The notes under the pieces were generated by a model. The model saw only the letters and a program-made list of their open reading frames with translations, made no database searches and was not told the origin of the DNA. A stretch of 62,646 nucleotides of DNA from a virus (Duplodnaviria; Caudoviricetes): the IMG/VR virus record IMGVR_UViG_3300035703_000094, positions 1 through 62,646 of that record. One strand, given 5' to 3'. Shown here in pieces: positions 46,536 through 54,110 of this stretch (its first letter is position 1; the number at the start of each line of letters is the position of its first letter). A program made the translations under genes and the position numbers.

Positions 46536-47156
46536 TTATGCCATTTCGAGAATGCGCACATCAGCCGAGCCACTTGCACAGAGAGCATGCAGGTTTACAC
46601 CGGCACCGATTTCCAACTCGACGTTAGCTCCGGCAGGAATACGGATTCCTGTAGAGGTCGTAACAGAAGCTCCGCCCAAGAAGATGGCATTAGCGCCAAG
46701 ATTCTGGATGAGCAAACGACGACGGTTAGAAAGAGCTGAAGCAACAAGCGCGGCTGCCGTGGTTCCGACTGAAGCTGCAGAGGTAGCAATCGACGAAGCG
46801 TCCATACGTGCATCGACTTTGTCAGAAGAAGCAGTAAGGTTGCGAATGTCGAAGTCGGTAGCTTCAACTACGATGTTGACAGTCTGGCTGTCGAGACGCA
46901 CATGGAGAGCGCCTGAAGTCGAGCTAAGCGAGTTTCCTGAGCCGTCTTTCAACCAAGCTGCAATAGAGTCGTCGCCTGCATCGAGGCTTACGTCAATCTC
47001 AAGAGGGTTTGTAATGAACACGTCAAGGGCTTGTTTTCCACCGTTGAGTGTTGAGGTCAGTTTGGTACCTTCACCATCGCGGAGGAAGGATGCTACAGAG
47101 TCGCCCTCAATGGGGGTATCCACTTCCGCAATAAGTTTTTCTTTACTAATAGCCAT
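46536..47156 (-). CDS. Decoration-like protein (paralog 2)
   Basis: C-terminal SVGTTA...LSNRRRLLIQNLGANAIFLG...VTTSTG domain. Confidence 0.7.
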   Translation of the reverse strand: MAISKEKLIAEVDTPIEGDSVASFLRDGEGTKLTSTLNGGKQALDVFITNPLEIDVSLDAGDDSIAAWLKDGSGNSLSSTSGALHVRLDSQTVNIVVEATDFDIRNLTASSDKVDARMDASSIATSAASVGTTAAALVASALSNRRRLLIQNLGANAIFLGGASVTTSTGIRIPAGANVELEIGAGVNLHALCASGSADVRILEMA

Positions 47157-47168
47157 GATAATGTCTCC

Positions 47169-47525
47169 TTAAACCCAGGCAACTAGCTCCACCACGGCAC
47201 CAGGCTGGGGCGACTGTACGTATAGCACATAATTGAGGTCTGCCGCTAGTGACTCCTCGGTCAAAGAACACCCGGGAAATACGGATAAGTAGTTACTTCC
47301 TGATGTTCCTGTAGCATAGGAAATCTTTAGGATGCCATTACTGCGCAGTTTTACTGTAAATCGCCTAGAGCCAGTAGGCAGAGCTATCGTATATTCTTGA
47401 TTGGCGTTGGTCAGAGTGAGGTTTACGATGTTGGCCTGACTGACCGTATCAGTCGCAAAATTGAGTGAGTTAGCATTTAGGGCTAGATTAAATTTGGACG
47501 CTGCCCCACCTGTACTAATTGTCAT
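47169..47525 (-). CDS. Decoration-like protein (divergent paralog 3)
   Basis: LPTGSRRFTVK...LKISY...YLSVFPG..L......LYV; same spacing as its neighbours. Confidence 0.6.
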   Translation of the reverse strand: MTISTGGAASKFNLALNANSLNFATDTVSQANIVNLTLTNANQEYTIALPTGSRRFTVKLRSNGILKISYATGTSGSNYLSVFPGCSLTEESLAADLNYVLYVQSPQPGAVVELVAWV

Positions 47526-48184
47526 GAATTTATAGCCTCCACGTAGCGAATGTCCATCGGTGATACAGTCCCGATTCCGTACAGAGCCTGGCCACCAGAG
47601 ATATTAAGCATAAAGTTTTCTCCTGGCAATACAGGGAATCCATTTGCAAAGGATGCCTGTGCTTCAGTGAATCCGATGTACAGAGTACCATTCTCATCTG
47701 TATTACGCAAGAGAATTGCTGAACGATTAGAGGTAGAAGCAGGCAGAATCAGGGTAGGTACCGTACTGACCAGTACTCGGCCTGTTTTAGCGGAGGCAGG
47801 ACTGACTACCTTGGCTGCAACTTCACCGGAAGCCACGCCTCTAGCATGCACTTCGTAGGTAACATCTCCGTTATAGGTAGCTTCAATCTTAATATTGCTC
47901 ATCGTAGGAGCGGCTGTTTTAAGGGTCAGAAAGTTGGTTGGAGCAGTCACTGTAGGAAAGGTAAATAGCTCATAGCTCTTACCATCACTGGTCTCTGTCA
48001 AGACACGGATAGTCAAATTACCTGTAATAGAACTTACGTAGAGAGAAAGTAAAGCACCATCAGAGATGGATGATATAGTTTTAGTGGTTACGCCGGAACC
48101 TTGAACAGTCTCCGAGATAACTGTGAGTGTTCGTCCTTGCTCAAGAACATTTATCGCGCCATCGTAACCGCGTGTTCTAGTCAT
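47522..48184 (-). CDS. Decoration-like protein (paralog 4)
   Basis: C-terminal VSTVPT...SNRSAILLRN....LYIG......NGFPVLPGE domain. Confidence 0.7.
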   Translation of the reverse strand: MTRTRGYDGAINVLEQGRTLTVISETVQGSGVTTKTISSISDGALLSLYVSSITGNLTIRVLTETSDGKSYELFTFPTVTAPTNFLTLKTAAPTMSNIKIEATYNGDVTYEVHARGVASGEVAAKVVSPASAKTGRVLVSTVPTLILPASTSNRSAILLRNTDENGTLYIGFTEAQASFANGFPVLPGENFMLNISGGQALYGIGTVSPMDIRYVEAINS

Positions 48185-48429
48185 TGTTCTCTCCGTGCGC
48201 GTCTCTTTTTGGCAGGCGCAAATTGTACCCGCTCATCTAGTGCTCTTACTTCATGTGCATCAAAAATGACAAGAATGCAAGTATTTTTATCATAGACATG
48301 CACTGCCGTATTATCCTCTTCGGTAATGATGTCTGTTCCTTCTACCGTGTAGATGTCGCCTTTTTGATTAGTAACTTGCCAACGCATCTTCTTTGGAGTT
48401 TTTGGGGGAGGCAAAGTAAGGAGTTTCAT
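48181..48429 (-). CDS. Hypothetical protein
   Basis: ATGA overlaps with both neighbours. Confidence 0.7.
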   Translation of the reverse strand: MKLLTLPPPKTPKKMRWQVTNQKGDIYTVEGTDIITEEDNTAVHVYDKNTCILVIFDAHEVRALDERVQFAPAKKRRARREQ

Positions 48430-48938
48430 TCATCTTCCCCTTTTGGTAAAAGGACTGGAGCTTGTTTTTCGATGTATGCACGTAGTTGTTCGGGAGTCAT
48501 GCTGTTAATACTAGCATCAGCGACCTTCTCCGAGCGTCTCTTATTGGCCAAATCAGCCAAAATTTTAATCATAGTAACTCTGGCAGACTGTGCTTTCGGG
48601 TCTTCGTTCTGAAGAATCTGCTCAGCCGCATCCAAAGCTAAGTCAAAGAGATATTCGATGCGTTGAAGATGCTCGTGACGGTTGGAAAACCAGGTACGAA
48701 AGGCTGTGTGTTCCCACCAATTAGGCAAAGAAGGACACTGCAAGGTCTTACCTAGCTCGTATGGGTCAATGCCTTCTGTGTCATCCGCAATAGCTTGCTC
48801 AGAGACGAGCGCCCAATAGCGTGTTTTAGCCTGACGCTGTGCGGGATTGGGTCTGAATGCCTGTCCTACCAGGATATTCTGGGCTTCTTTAGAGCTAATA
48901 CTAGCTTTGGCCTTACGTTTTGGTTCTTCGGCTGTCAT
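48426..48938 (-). CDS. Possible terminase small subunit
   Basis: First late-arm gene; HTH-like segment, helical core, C-terminal NSMTPEQLRAYI. Confidence 0.45.
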   Translation of the reverse strand: MTAEEPKRKAKASISSKEAQNILVGQAFRPNPAQRQAKTRYWALVSEQAIADDTEGIDPYELGKTLQCPSLPNWWEHTAFRTWFSNRHEHLQRIEYLFDLALDAAEQILQNEDPKAQSARVTMIKILADLANKRRSEKVADASINSMTPEQLRAYIEKQAPVLLPKGEDE

Positions 48939-48966
48939 GGAAAACCTCATATTCTTCTAAAAAGAG

Positions 48967-48994
48967 AGTTTATCAAACTATTTAACAATGACAA
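48967..48994 (-). promoter_or_regulatory. Leftward sigma70-like promoter heading the structural arm
   Basis: TTGTCA-16-TAAACT with an extended -10 TG. Confidence 0.5.
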
Positions 48995-49007
48995 GCCCAA
49001 AATGGAC

Positions 49008-49036
49008 TTGACAGAAAGTGGTGGCTCAGCTATACA
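49008..49036 (+). promoter_or_regulatory. Rightward sigma70-like promoter into a non-coding gap
   Basis: TTGACA-17-TATACA, followed by the palindrome atacct-ctgtc-aggtat. Confidence 0.45.
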
Positions 49037-49267
49037 TACCTCTGTCAGGTATCAGCAGCTTGACACCCTCCTGTAGCCCGATGGTTTATTCTGAACTATC
49101 GGGTTTTTCTTGTTATTCAGGCCCAAACTACGACTACTGCGGCCCGATTCCTTCAACGGCAGCACTTATCGGTCCCTCAGCCCGTCTGGACGACAGGACA
49201 GCCCGACTGAGTCCCGAAGTGAACGACGGTGAACGTAGAGACGAGGGAGGGCGGGGGATAACAGGTG

Positions 49268-49720
49268 CTAATCAGCCCAGCCCTGATGCTTAGCTATGGC
49301 CTTAACTAGCCGGAGAAACTCAAGATGTGAGGTTTTTTGCCTGAGCTGCCTGCATTTACCACAGACAGTGACTAGAGTGGTAGGGCCGGGACCTTCTCCC
49401 AGGCCATTATTGAAGAGTAGACCGCAATATTCGCATGGCTCCTTAATCTTAGTACGTAATTCTTCCTCGGATGCCAGGTCTGTGAGACGATGCCTAATTG
49501 GTAACCTATTCCCGCCGAATTGAAGTGCTCGCAGATAGGGACATTTCTTCTTATCTCCGCAAGTTATATGACCTTTCTGAGTCAGCAACTTCGACTTCTT
49601 GAGCACAATCTTACCGCAATCGCACTGACATTGCCAATCTCTTACATGCCCACGCTTGACTAATCCAATAACGATAAGGTGCCCGAATCTTTGTCCTGTA
49701 ATATCAACAAGTTTAGCCAT
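49268..49720 (-). CDS. Degenerate HNH-type homing-endonuclease-like zinc-binding protein
   Basis: DITGQRFGHLIVI...WQCQCDCG; PCEYCG...CGKC; usual catalytic residues not evident. Confidence 0.65.
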   Translation of the reverse strand: MAKLVDITGQRFGHLIVIGLVKRGHVRDWQCQCDCGKIVLKKSKLLTQKGHITCGDKKKCPYLRALQFGGNRLPIRHRLTDLASEEELRTKIKEPCEYCGLLFNNGLGEGPGPTTLVTVCGKCRQLRQKTSHLEFLRLVKAIAKHQGWAD

Positions 49721-49879
49721 AACATCAAGTTCCCGAGTAAAAACACAGAGTTCTAGGGGGCAGTCTACAGTAAAACCCGCCGAGTGTAAAGGGGGAACTT
49801 CCGATTGACGGTCGCGCCAAAACCCACTTACCGTGCTTGGCAAGTGGGCCGGATGATTGGGGTTTTTTGTTTGGGTGAC

Positions 49880-50020
49880 TCACGCGGCTTGCACCCGAGC
49901 CTTCAGGGTTAGGGGTCTTACTTCGAAAGACTCCCAATCGTATTGGTCAAGAGTTGCTTCGACTGCATTAGTGTAGATGATAACAAGGCTTCCATCAGTA
50001 AGAGTAATTCTGAGTTCCAT
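49880..50020 (-). CDS. Small hypothetical protein
   Basis: CAGGAG before ATG 50020; downstream of a sigma28-like promoter. Confidence 0.55.
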   Translation of the reverse strand: MELRITLTDGSLVIIYTNAVEATLDQYDWESFEVRPLTLKARVQAA

Positions 50021-50061
50021 CTTGATTCTCCTGTAAGAGCCGGTTGCTTGGCTCACCCTAC

Positions 50062-50088
50062 TCATCGACACTTTGCCGATTTGCTTTA
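50062..50088 (-). promoter_or_regulatory. Sigma28 (FliA)-like promoter, leftward
   Basis: TAAA-N15-GTCGATGA versus the consensus TAAA-N15-GCCGATAA. Confidence 0.55.
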
Positions 50089-50164
50089 GTTCCCAATCAT
50101 TTCAACAAGTTAGCCAATACTACACATTGTATCTATAGAGATGTGTAACGCACAATTTGGCGCG

Positions 50165-50224
50165 GCGGGGGATGGGCGTCGGGGGAACGTCGTGCAGCGG
50201 GGGATGGGCGCAGCGGGGGATGGG
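50165..50224 (+). repeat. G-rich direct repeats (three copies of GCGGGGGATGGG), G-quadruplex-capable
   Basis: Copies at 50165, 50197 and 50213, plus a G5 run at 50181. Confidence 0.85.
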
Positions 50225-50307
50225 TGGCTGCAGCTGCGGAGAGGTGACGCGAGTGCTACTCGTGAGGCTTCAACTTGCCGAGATTGCTGGCTTTTCCAAC
50301 TTTCCGT

Positions 50308-50335
50308 TAAAGTATTTTTTGCCGTTTGCCGTAAA
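50308..50335 (+). promoter_or_regulatory. Sigma28 (FliA)-like promoter, rightward, heading the early arm
   Basis: TAAA-N16-GCCGTAAA (spacer one base longer than consensus). Confidence 0.45.
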
Positions 50336-50344
50336 GAAGGTGTC

Positions 50345-50655
50345 GGGTCGCTCAGCTTGACTCCTTGTGTCGGACGATACACGGTCAACGGGCTTCCCTA
50401 CCGCTCCCCGTGCTGCGGCACTACGGAGACGCGCCTTGCGGAGCATGTAGTCCTCGGACAGTGCCTACCGTGTACGAATCGGCTAACTACCGACGGCGAG
50501 CGAAAGCAGTTAGGAATCACTGCGTGTATCCGAGGATACACAGACGTGTGAACGAAGCTGTGATTAGCAACAAGAACTCTGGAGACCGCCTCGCGTGTTC
50601 GTGTCGAGATGATACCAAACACAAGAGAGACCGCCCAGAGGTGCAGGATGCACGA
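50345..50655 (+). ncRNA. Putative structured leader/non-coding RNA
   Basis: No credible ORF; serial hairpins including gtgtatcc-ga-ggatacac, gc-GAAA-gc, ctctgg...ccagag and gtgca-gga-tgcac. Confidence 0.5.
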
Positions 50656-50656
50656 A

Positions 50657-50711
50657 CCCTATACACGTCTGCTTCGACGTGCTGACGAGTCCCAGAAAGG
50701 ACGAAATAGGG
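50657..50711 (+). ncRNA. Type III hammerhead ribozyme
   Basis: Stem III ccctaT/Ataggg, AUA cleavage triplet, stem I cacgtc/gacgtg, core CTGACGA, stem II gtcc/ggac, GAAA. Confidence 0.92.
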
Positions 50712-50719
50712 AGTATCTT

Positions 50720-50833
50720 ATGTTTTTCTTCACACCCTTGGAATTATTTATAATTCTCGTTGTTGGCTTTGCCTTTCTCACGCTGTCCGACATTGTAATC
50801 AATGTCGTGAAGGATGTCCTCTCAAAAGAGTGA
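50720..50833 (+). CDS. Small single-pass membrane peptide (37 aa)
   Basis: AGGGAG Shine-Dalgarno overlapping hammerhead stem III; hydrophobic helix. Confidence 0.65.
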   Translation: MFFFTPLELFIILVVGFAFLTLSDIVINVVKDVLSKE

Positions 50834-50841
50834 GGTGACCT

Positions 50842-51525
50842 ATGCCTACGTTGCTTGCACAAAACAGCAAGATTGCCAAGAGCGCAACTGCTGAATACGT
50901 TGTATTCAACTTCGGGATACCTGCATGGAAGTCCAAGACTGGCATGATTACATGCCCTGCGGCTGGCATCTGCGGAAAACAAGGCGGATGCTACGCATTG
51001 CAGGGGCCGTATCGGTTCAGCAATGTGGCCAGCGTGTACGAGTGGAGATTGACGCAAGCCGAGACAGAAACATTCCCGATTCTGATGCAATCAGAATTAG
51101 ACGAGGCAAAACGCAAGGCTACCAAACGTGGCCGCAAGGTTGTCATCCGCATACACGATAGCGGTGACTTCTATTCGGTTCCTTACTTGCGGAAATGGTT
51201 GGCAATTATTGTAGCCAACGAAGATGTTTACTTCTATGCCTACACGAAACAAGTTCGCTTGTTCAGTAAGTTACTGGACAAGTTACCTAGTAACTTCCGT
51301 GTCATCTTCTCCGAGGGTGGCATCTTCGATGACGAGATTGACACAGCTACTCAATTCCACAGTCGAGTCTTCCCTTCTAGGGAAGCATTGCTTGCCGCTG
51401 GCTATGCTGACGCAAGCGAGAACGATTTGGTGGCAGGCATGGGCGACAATATCCGCATCGGCCTTATCTATCACGGTGCTGACAGCAAGCAATGGACAAC
51501 TGACGAACAGGAGAAAGTGTCATGA
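50842..51525 (+). CDS. GP88-family (radical-SAM-like) phage protein
   Basis: TCPAAGIC.....CYA, IRIHDSGDF, YAYTK, PSNF.VIFS. Confidence 0.8.
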   Translation: MPTLLAQNSKIAKSATAEYVVFNFGIPAWKSKTGMITCPAAGICGKQGGCYALQGPYRFSNVASVYEWRLTQAETETFPILMQSELDEAKRKATKRGRKVVIRIHDSGDFYSVPYLRKWLAIIVANEDVYFYAYTKQVRLFSKLLDKLPSNFRVIFSEGGIFDDEIDTATQFHSRVFPSREALLAAGYADASENDLVAGMGDNIRIGLIYHGADSKQWTTDEQEKVS

Positions 51526-51695
51526 CAATAGCACGTTACAGAGAATTGCTGGGCCATCCATACTATAAGTATGAGGTTGAATTGATTGTGCTTTCCAATG
51601 GAAAGCGCATCAAGATTGCTGCAATAAATTGCAGAGACGATGACGAGTTGGCTCAAGCCACAGAGTGGGTTGAGTTTGTACTGAAGGGAGAATGA
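51522..51695 (+). CDS. Small hypothetical protein (57 aa, below the ORF-track cutoff)
   Basis: MTIARYRELL...VLKGE; AGGAG Shine-Dalgarno; ATGA overlaps. Confidence 0.65.
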   Translation: MTIARYRELLGHPYYKYEVELIVLSNGKRIKIAAINCRDDDELAQATEWVEFVLKGE

Positions 51696-51892
51696 ACATG
51701 GAAAACACGATGGCTGCAACGTACAAGGCATTCCTTGAGGAATGCACCACGAAGGAAGAGTGGAACACGCTCATTGACCTTGCTTTGCAAGACTGTTACT
51801 CGGCAGGCAATTCATTCTACGCTGACCTGTGGCTGTACTTCCACGATGGCAGCGACTGCGATGTGAAATACAACGTGTGCGAGGAGGTATAA
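51692..51892 (+). CDS. Small acidic hypothetical protein
   Basis: GGGAG Shine-Dalgarno; operon packing. Confidence 0.65.
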   Translation: MNMENTMAATYKAFLEECTTKEEWNTLIDLALQDCYSAGNSFYADLWLYFHDGSDCDVKYNVCEEV

Positions 51893-51893
51893 A

Positions 51894-52253
51894 ATGCGAG
51901 TGTTTGTCTACCGCAATCTTCGGAAAAAGTGCTTTAGCATCAAGGCTTTGGAGGGGCCGAACAAGGGACGCGTCATTGCGAGGCGTCACTTCGTTGACCT
52001 GACCGACGTGACCTTCAAGGTCAGCGAGGCAGGCAGGCAGCGTGTGCTCCGGACTGGACAGAAGAACGTACACGCTGGGCTGGTAGGTCAGTGGAATGAC
52101 AGGCTACTACCGCTCTCACCTGTGGCAGAGGAGAAGGAAGTCAAGTATAACCCGCGAGAATCGGGAGAGTTTCGGCTGATGGACAACACGCCAATCAAGG
52201 TGGCCAAGTGTGCGAAATTGTTTGGCGGTAAATACATTTTGGTGGAGGTGTAA
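51894..52253 (+). CDS. Conserved phage early protein
   Basis: VYRNL....FSIK...GRVI...FKVSEAGRQRVL....KNVHA...YNP; GGAGG Shine-Dalgarno. Confidence 0.8.
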   Translation: MRVFVYRNLRKKCFSIKALEGPNKGRVIARRHFVDLTDVTFKVSEAGRQRVLRTGQKNVHAGLVGQWNDRLLPLSPVAEEKEVKYNPRESGEFRLMDNTPIKVAKCAKLFGGKYILVEV

Positions 52254-52254
52254 C

Positions 52255-52611
52255 ATGGTGAAATTAGATGGTTACAAGAGGGTTTCAATTAACGAAGTAG
52301 ATGGGTCGAGCCTGAAGACACACATCGAAGCGACCTACGGAGAGCTAGTCACCCTACTGGGTGAACCGGAGGAGTGCGATGGATACAAGGTATCCGGTGA
52401 GTGGGCAGTCAAAGACAAGGACGGCAACGTGTGTACAGTCTACGACTGGAAGCGGACACGCCTCTATGACTTCGCTCTACCGAGTGTCGAAGTCTTTCGT
52501 GCAATGAAGTATCCTACCACATTCAACATAGGAGGACACAGTGGCTACGCTGCGGAGAACTTCCGTCACCAACTAGAGCTGCAATTACTGGCACTTAGAA
52601 ATAAACGCTAA
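52255..52611 (+). CDS. Conserved phage early protein
   Basis: ATYGELV.LLGEP...DGYKV..EW...TVYDWK...FNIGG; GGAGG Shine-Dalgarno. Confidence 0.8.
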   Translation: MVKLDGYKRVSINEVDGSSLKTHIEATYGELVTLLGEPEECDGYKVSGEWAVKDKDGNVCTVYDWKRTRLYDFALPSVEVFRAMKYPTTFNIGGHSGYAAENFRHQLELQLLALRNKR

Positions 52612-52635
52612 ACTTATTACAACTTGTTCCGAACA
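52609..52635 (+). promoter_or_regulatory. Sigma28 (FliA)-like promoter
   Basis: TAAA-N15-TCCGAACA in the intergenic gap before the DUF932-like gene. Confidence 0.5.
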
Positions 52636-52679
52636 ATAATTCATGGCCAATTCCGGCCTTACTTCACAGGAGATTCCAC

Positions 52680-53459
52680 ATGACGAACATTATCACACTC
52701 GCAAAGAACGCTACCGCTGCTGCAAACTGCGTGTCCGAGAACTACAAGTTCCTGAGTACACAGCAAGCACACGAGGTACTGGCTGACTTCGGCTTCATGG
52801 AGTCACGCTACCGTCAGAGCAAGGGAGCAGGCGAGAGACAAGGATTCCAGAAACATATCAGCATCTTCGAGAGAGACACAGACAAGGACGAAGATGGACG
52901 CTTCAACCTGCTCATGCTCAACTCACACGATGGAACATCCTCGCTCCGGCTTGAGGCTGGATACTTCAGGATTCTCTGTGAGAATCAGCTTGGCTCTGGC
53001 GATGTGGGTGTGCGAATCATTCACCGTGGCGAGGCACTGACTCGCTTCGCTGACTCGATTCCATTGGTCATCCATCAGATGCAAATGTTCAAGGAAGTCA
53101 AGTCCTTGCTCCGTGACAAAGTGCTCAACACAGATGCTCAGATGGAGCTTGCCCGCCTTGCACTGCAACTGCGCGAGGTTAAGTTCGAGACACTCGACGC
53201 TTACCAGACCGAGCGTAACCTGCTCAACATGCTGGTGCGTAGACGCTACGAGGATACAGGCAACAACGCATGGAAGGTATTCAATGCAGTGCAGGAGAAC
53301 GTAGTCAAGGGCGGTGTGCGCCTGTACCAGAATGCAGGTACCGTGGAAGCACCGAAGGATGTGCTCCGCAAGATTCGGCCACTGACTTCGGCAGAGCGGC
53401 TGCTCGACGTGAACAATGCACTGACCGAGTGTGCAATCCAACTGGCCCGCGCTGCATAA
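52680..53459 (+). CDS. DUF932/DUF945-family protein
   Basis: NSHDGTSS...AGYFR..CEN, RRYED....WKVFNAVQENV.KGG. Confidence 0.85.
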   Translation: MTNIITLAKNATAAANCVSENYKFLSTQQAHEVLADFGFMESRYRQSKGAGERQGFQKHISIFERDTDKDEDGRFNLLMLNSHDGTSSLRLEAGYFRILCENQLGSGDVGVRIIHRGEALTRFADSIPLVIHQMQMFKEVKSLLRDKVLNTDAQMELARLALQLREVKFETLDAYQTERNLLNMLVRRRYEDTGNNAWKVFNAVQENVVKGGVRLYQNAGTVEAPKDVLRKIRPLTSAERLLDVNNALTECAIQLARAA

Positions 53460-53482
53460 CAAGCAGCGCATCACGAAGGAGA

Positions 53483-53854
53483 ATGAACATGGATACACAG
53501 CAAGCATTTGAAATGGCAGTCAAACATCTCCGCAAACAAGGCTGCCACTCGCAACGCGTTGGTCGCTTTGAGTTAGAGGGTACAGCAATTTGCATGTACC
53601 GCATGAACGGCCTAAAATGTGCAGTCGGTGCGTTAATACCCGACGAAGTCTATCAGGAATCCTTTGAAGGTATAGGTATTGGTGCGTTAATTAACGATTT
53701 TGCTGACCTGAACAATCTGTTTAAGAAGGTGGACTTAAAGCTACTTGAAGACCTGCAACATGTGCATGACAATTGCGGAGTCACGGATTGGGAAAAGGAA
53801 TGGAAAGAACTTTCAGAAGTTTACGGGTTGACAATGCCGAGCAAAGGAGAATGA
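53483..53854 (+). CDS. Conserved phage hypothetical protein
   Basis: AAGGAG Shine-Dalgarno; HLRKQG, CMYR...KCAVGALIPD, LQ.VHD. Confidence 0.8.
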   Translation: MNMDTQQAFEMAVKHLRKQGCHSQRVGRFELEGTAICMYRMNGLKCAVGALIPDEVYQESFEGIGIGALINDFADLNNLFKKVDLKLLEDLQHVHDNCGVTDWEKEWKELSEVYGLTMPSKGE

Positions 53855-53856
53855 GT

Positions 53857-54024
53857 ATGAGCAAGTTTGTAGTTGTGATTAATGTAACTGTCGAATATGA
53901 GGAAGACTTTGAGGAGCTTGACCGTATGCTGCAACGTGCCTCGTGCATCTCGGACTACGAGTACATGCACACCTTTGACCTTGTCGATGAAGGTGAACCA
54001 CTCAATGCAAATGAAGGAAACTAA
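53857..54024 (+). CDS. Small acidic hypothetical protein
   Basis: AAGGAG Shine-Dalgarno. Confidence 0.6.
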   Translation: MSKFVVVINVTVEYEEDFEELDRMLQRASCISDYEYMHTFDLVDEGEPLNANEGN

Positions 54025-54110
54025 GACACGGTGTTCCTGCAGGTGCGGAGCACCGGAAGGTTTCGTAGGGCGCAGTCCTACGGACTTCGAGCGACCGAAG
54101 GGAGTGACGA

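Noticed and set aside
50117-50132. NrdR-box-like sequence ATACTACACATTGTAT
   Set aside because: Single imperfect copy about 6 kb from nrdJ; none seen at the nrdJ promoter.
50395-50460. HDV-like/theta ribozyme suggested by GC-TCCCCGT-GC
   Set aside because: Could not build the P1, P2 and P1.1 pairings, and there is no adjacent tRNA.
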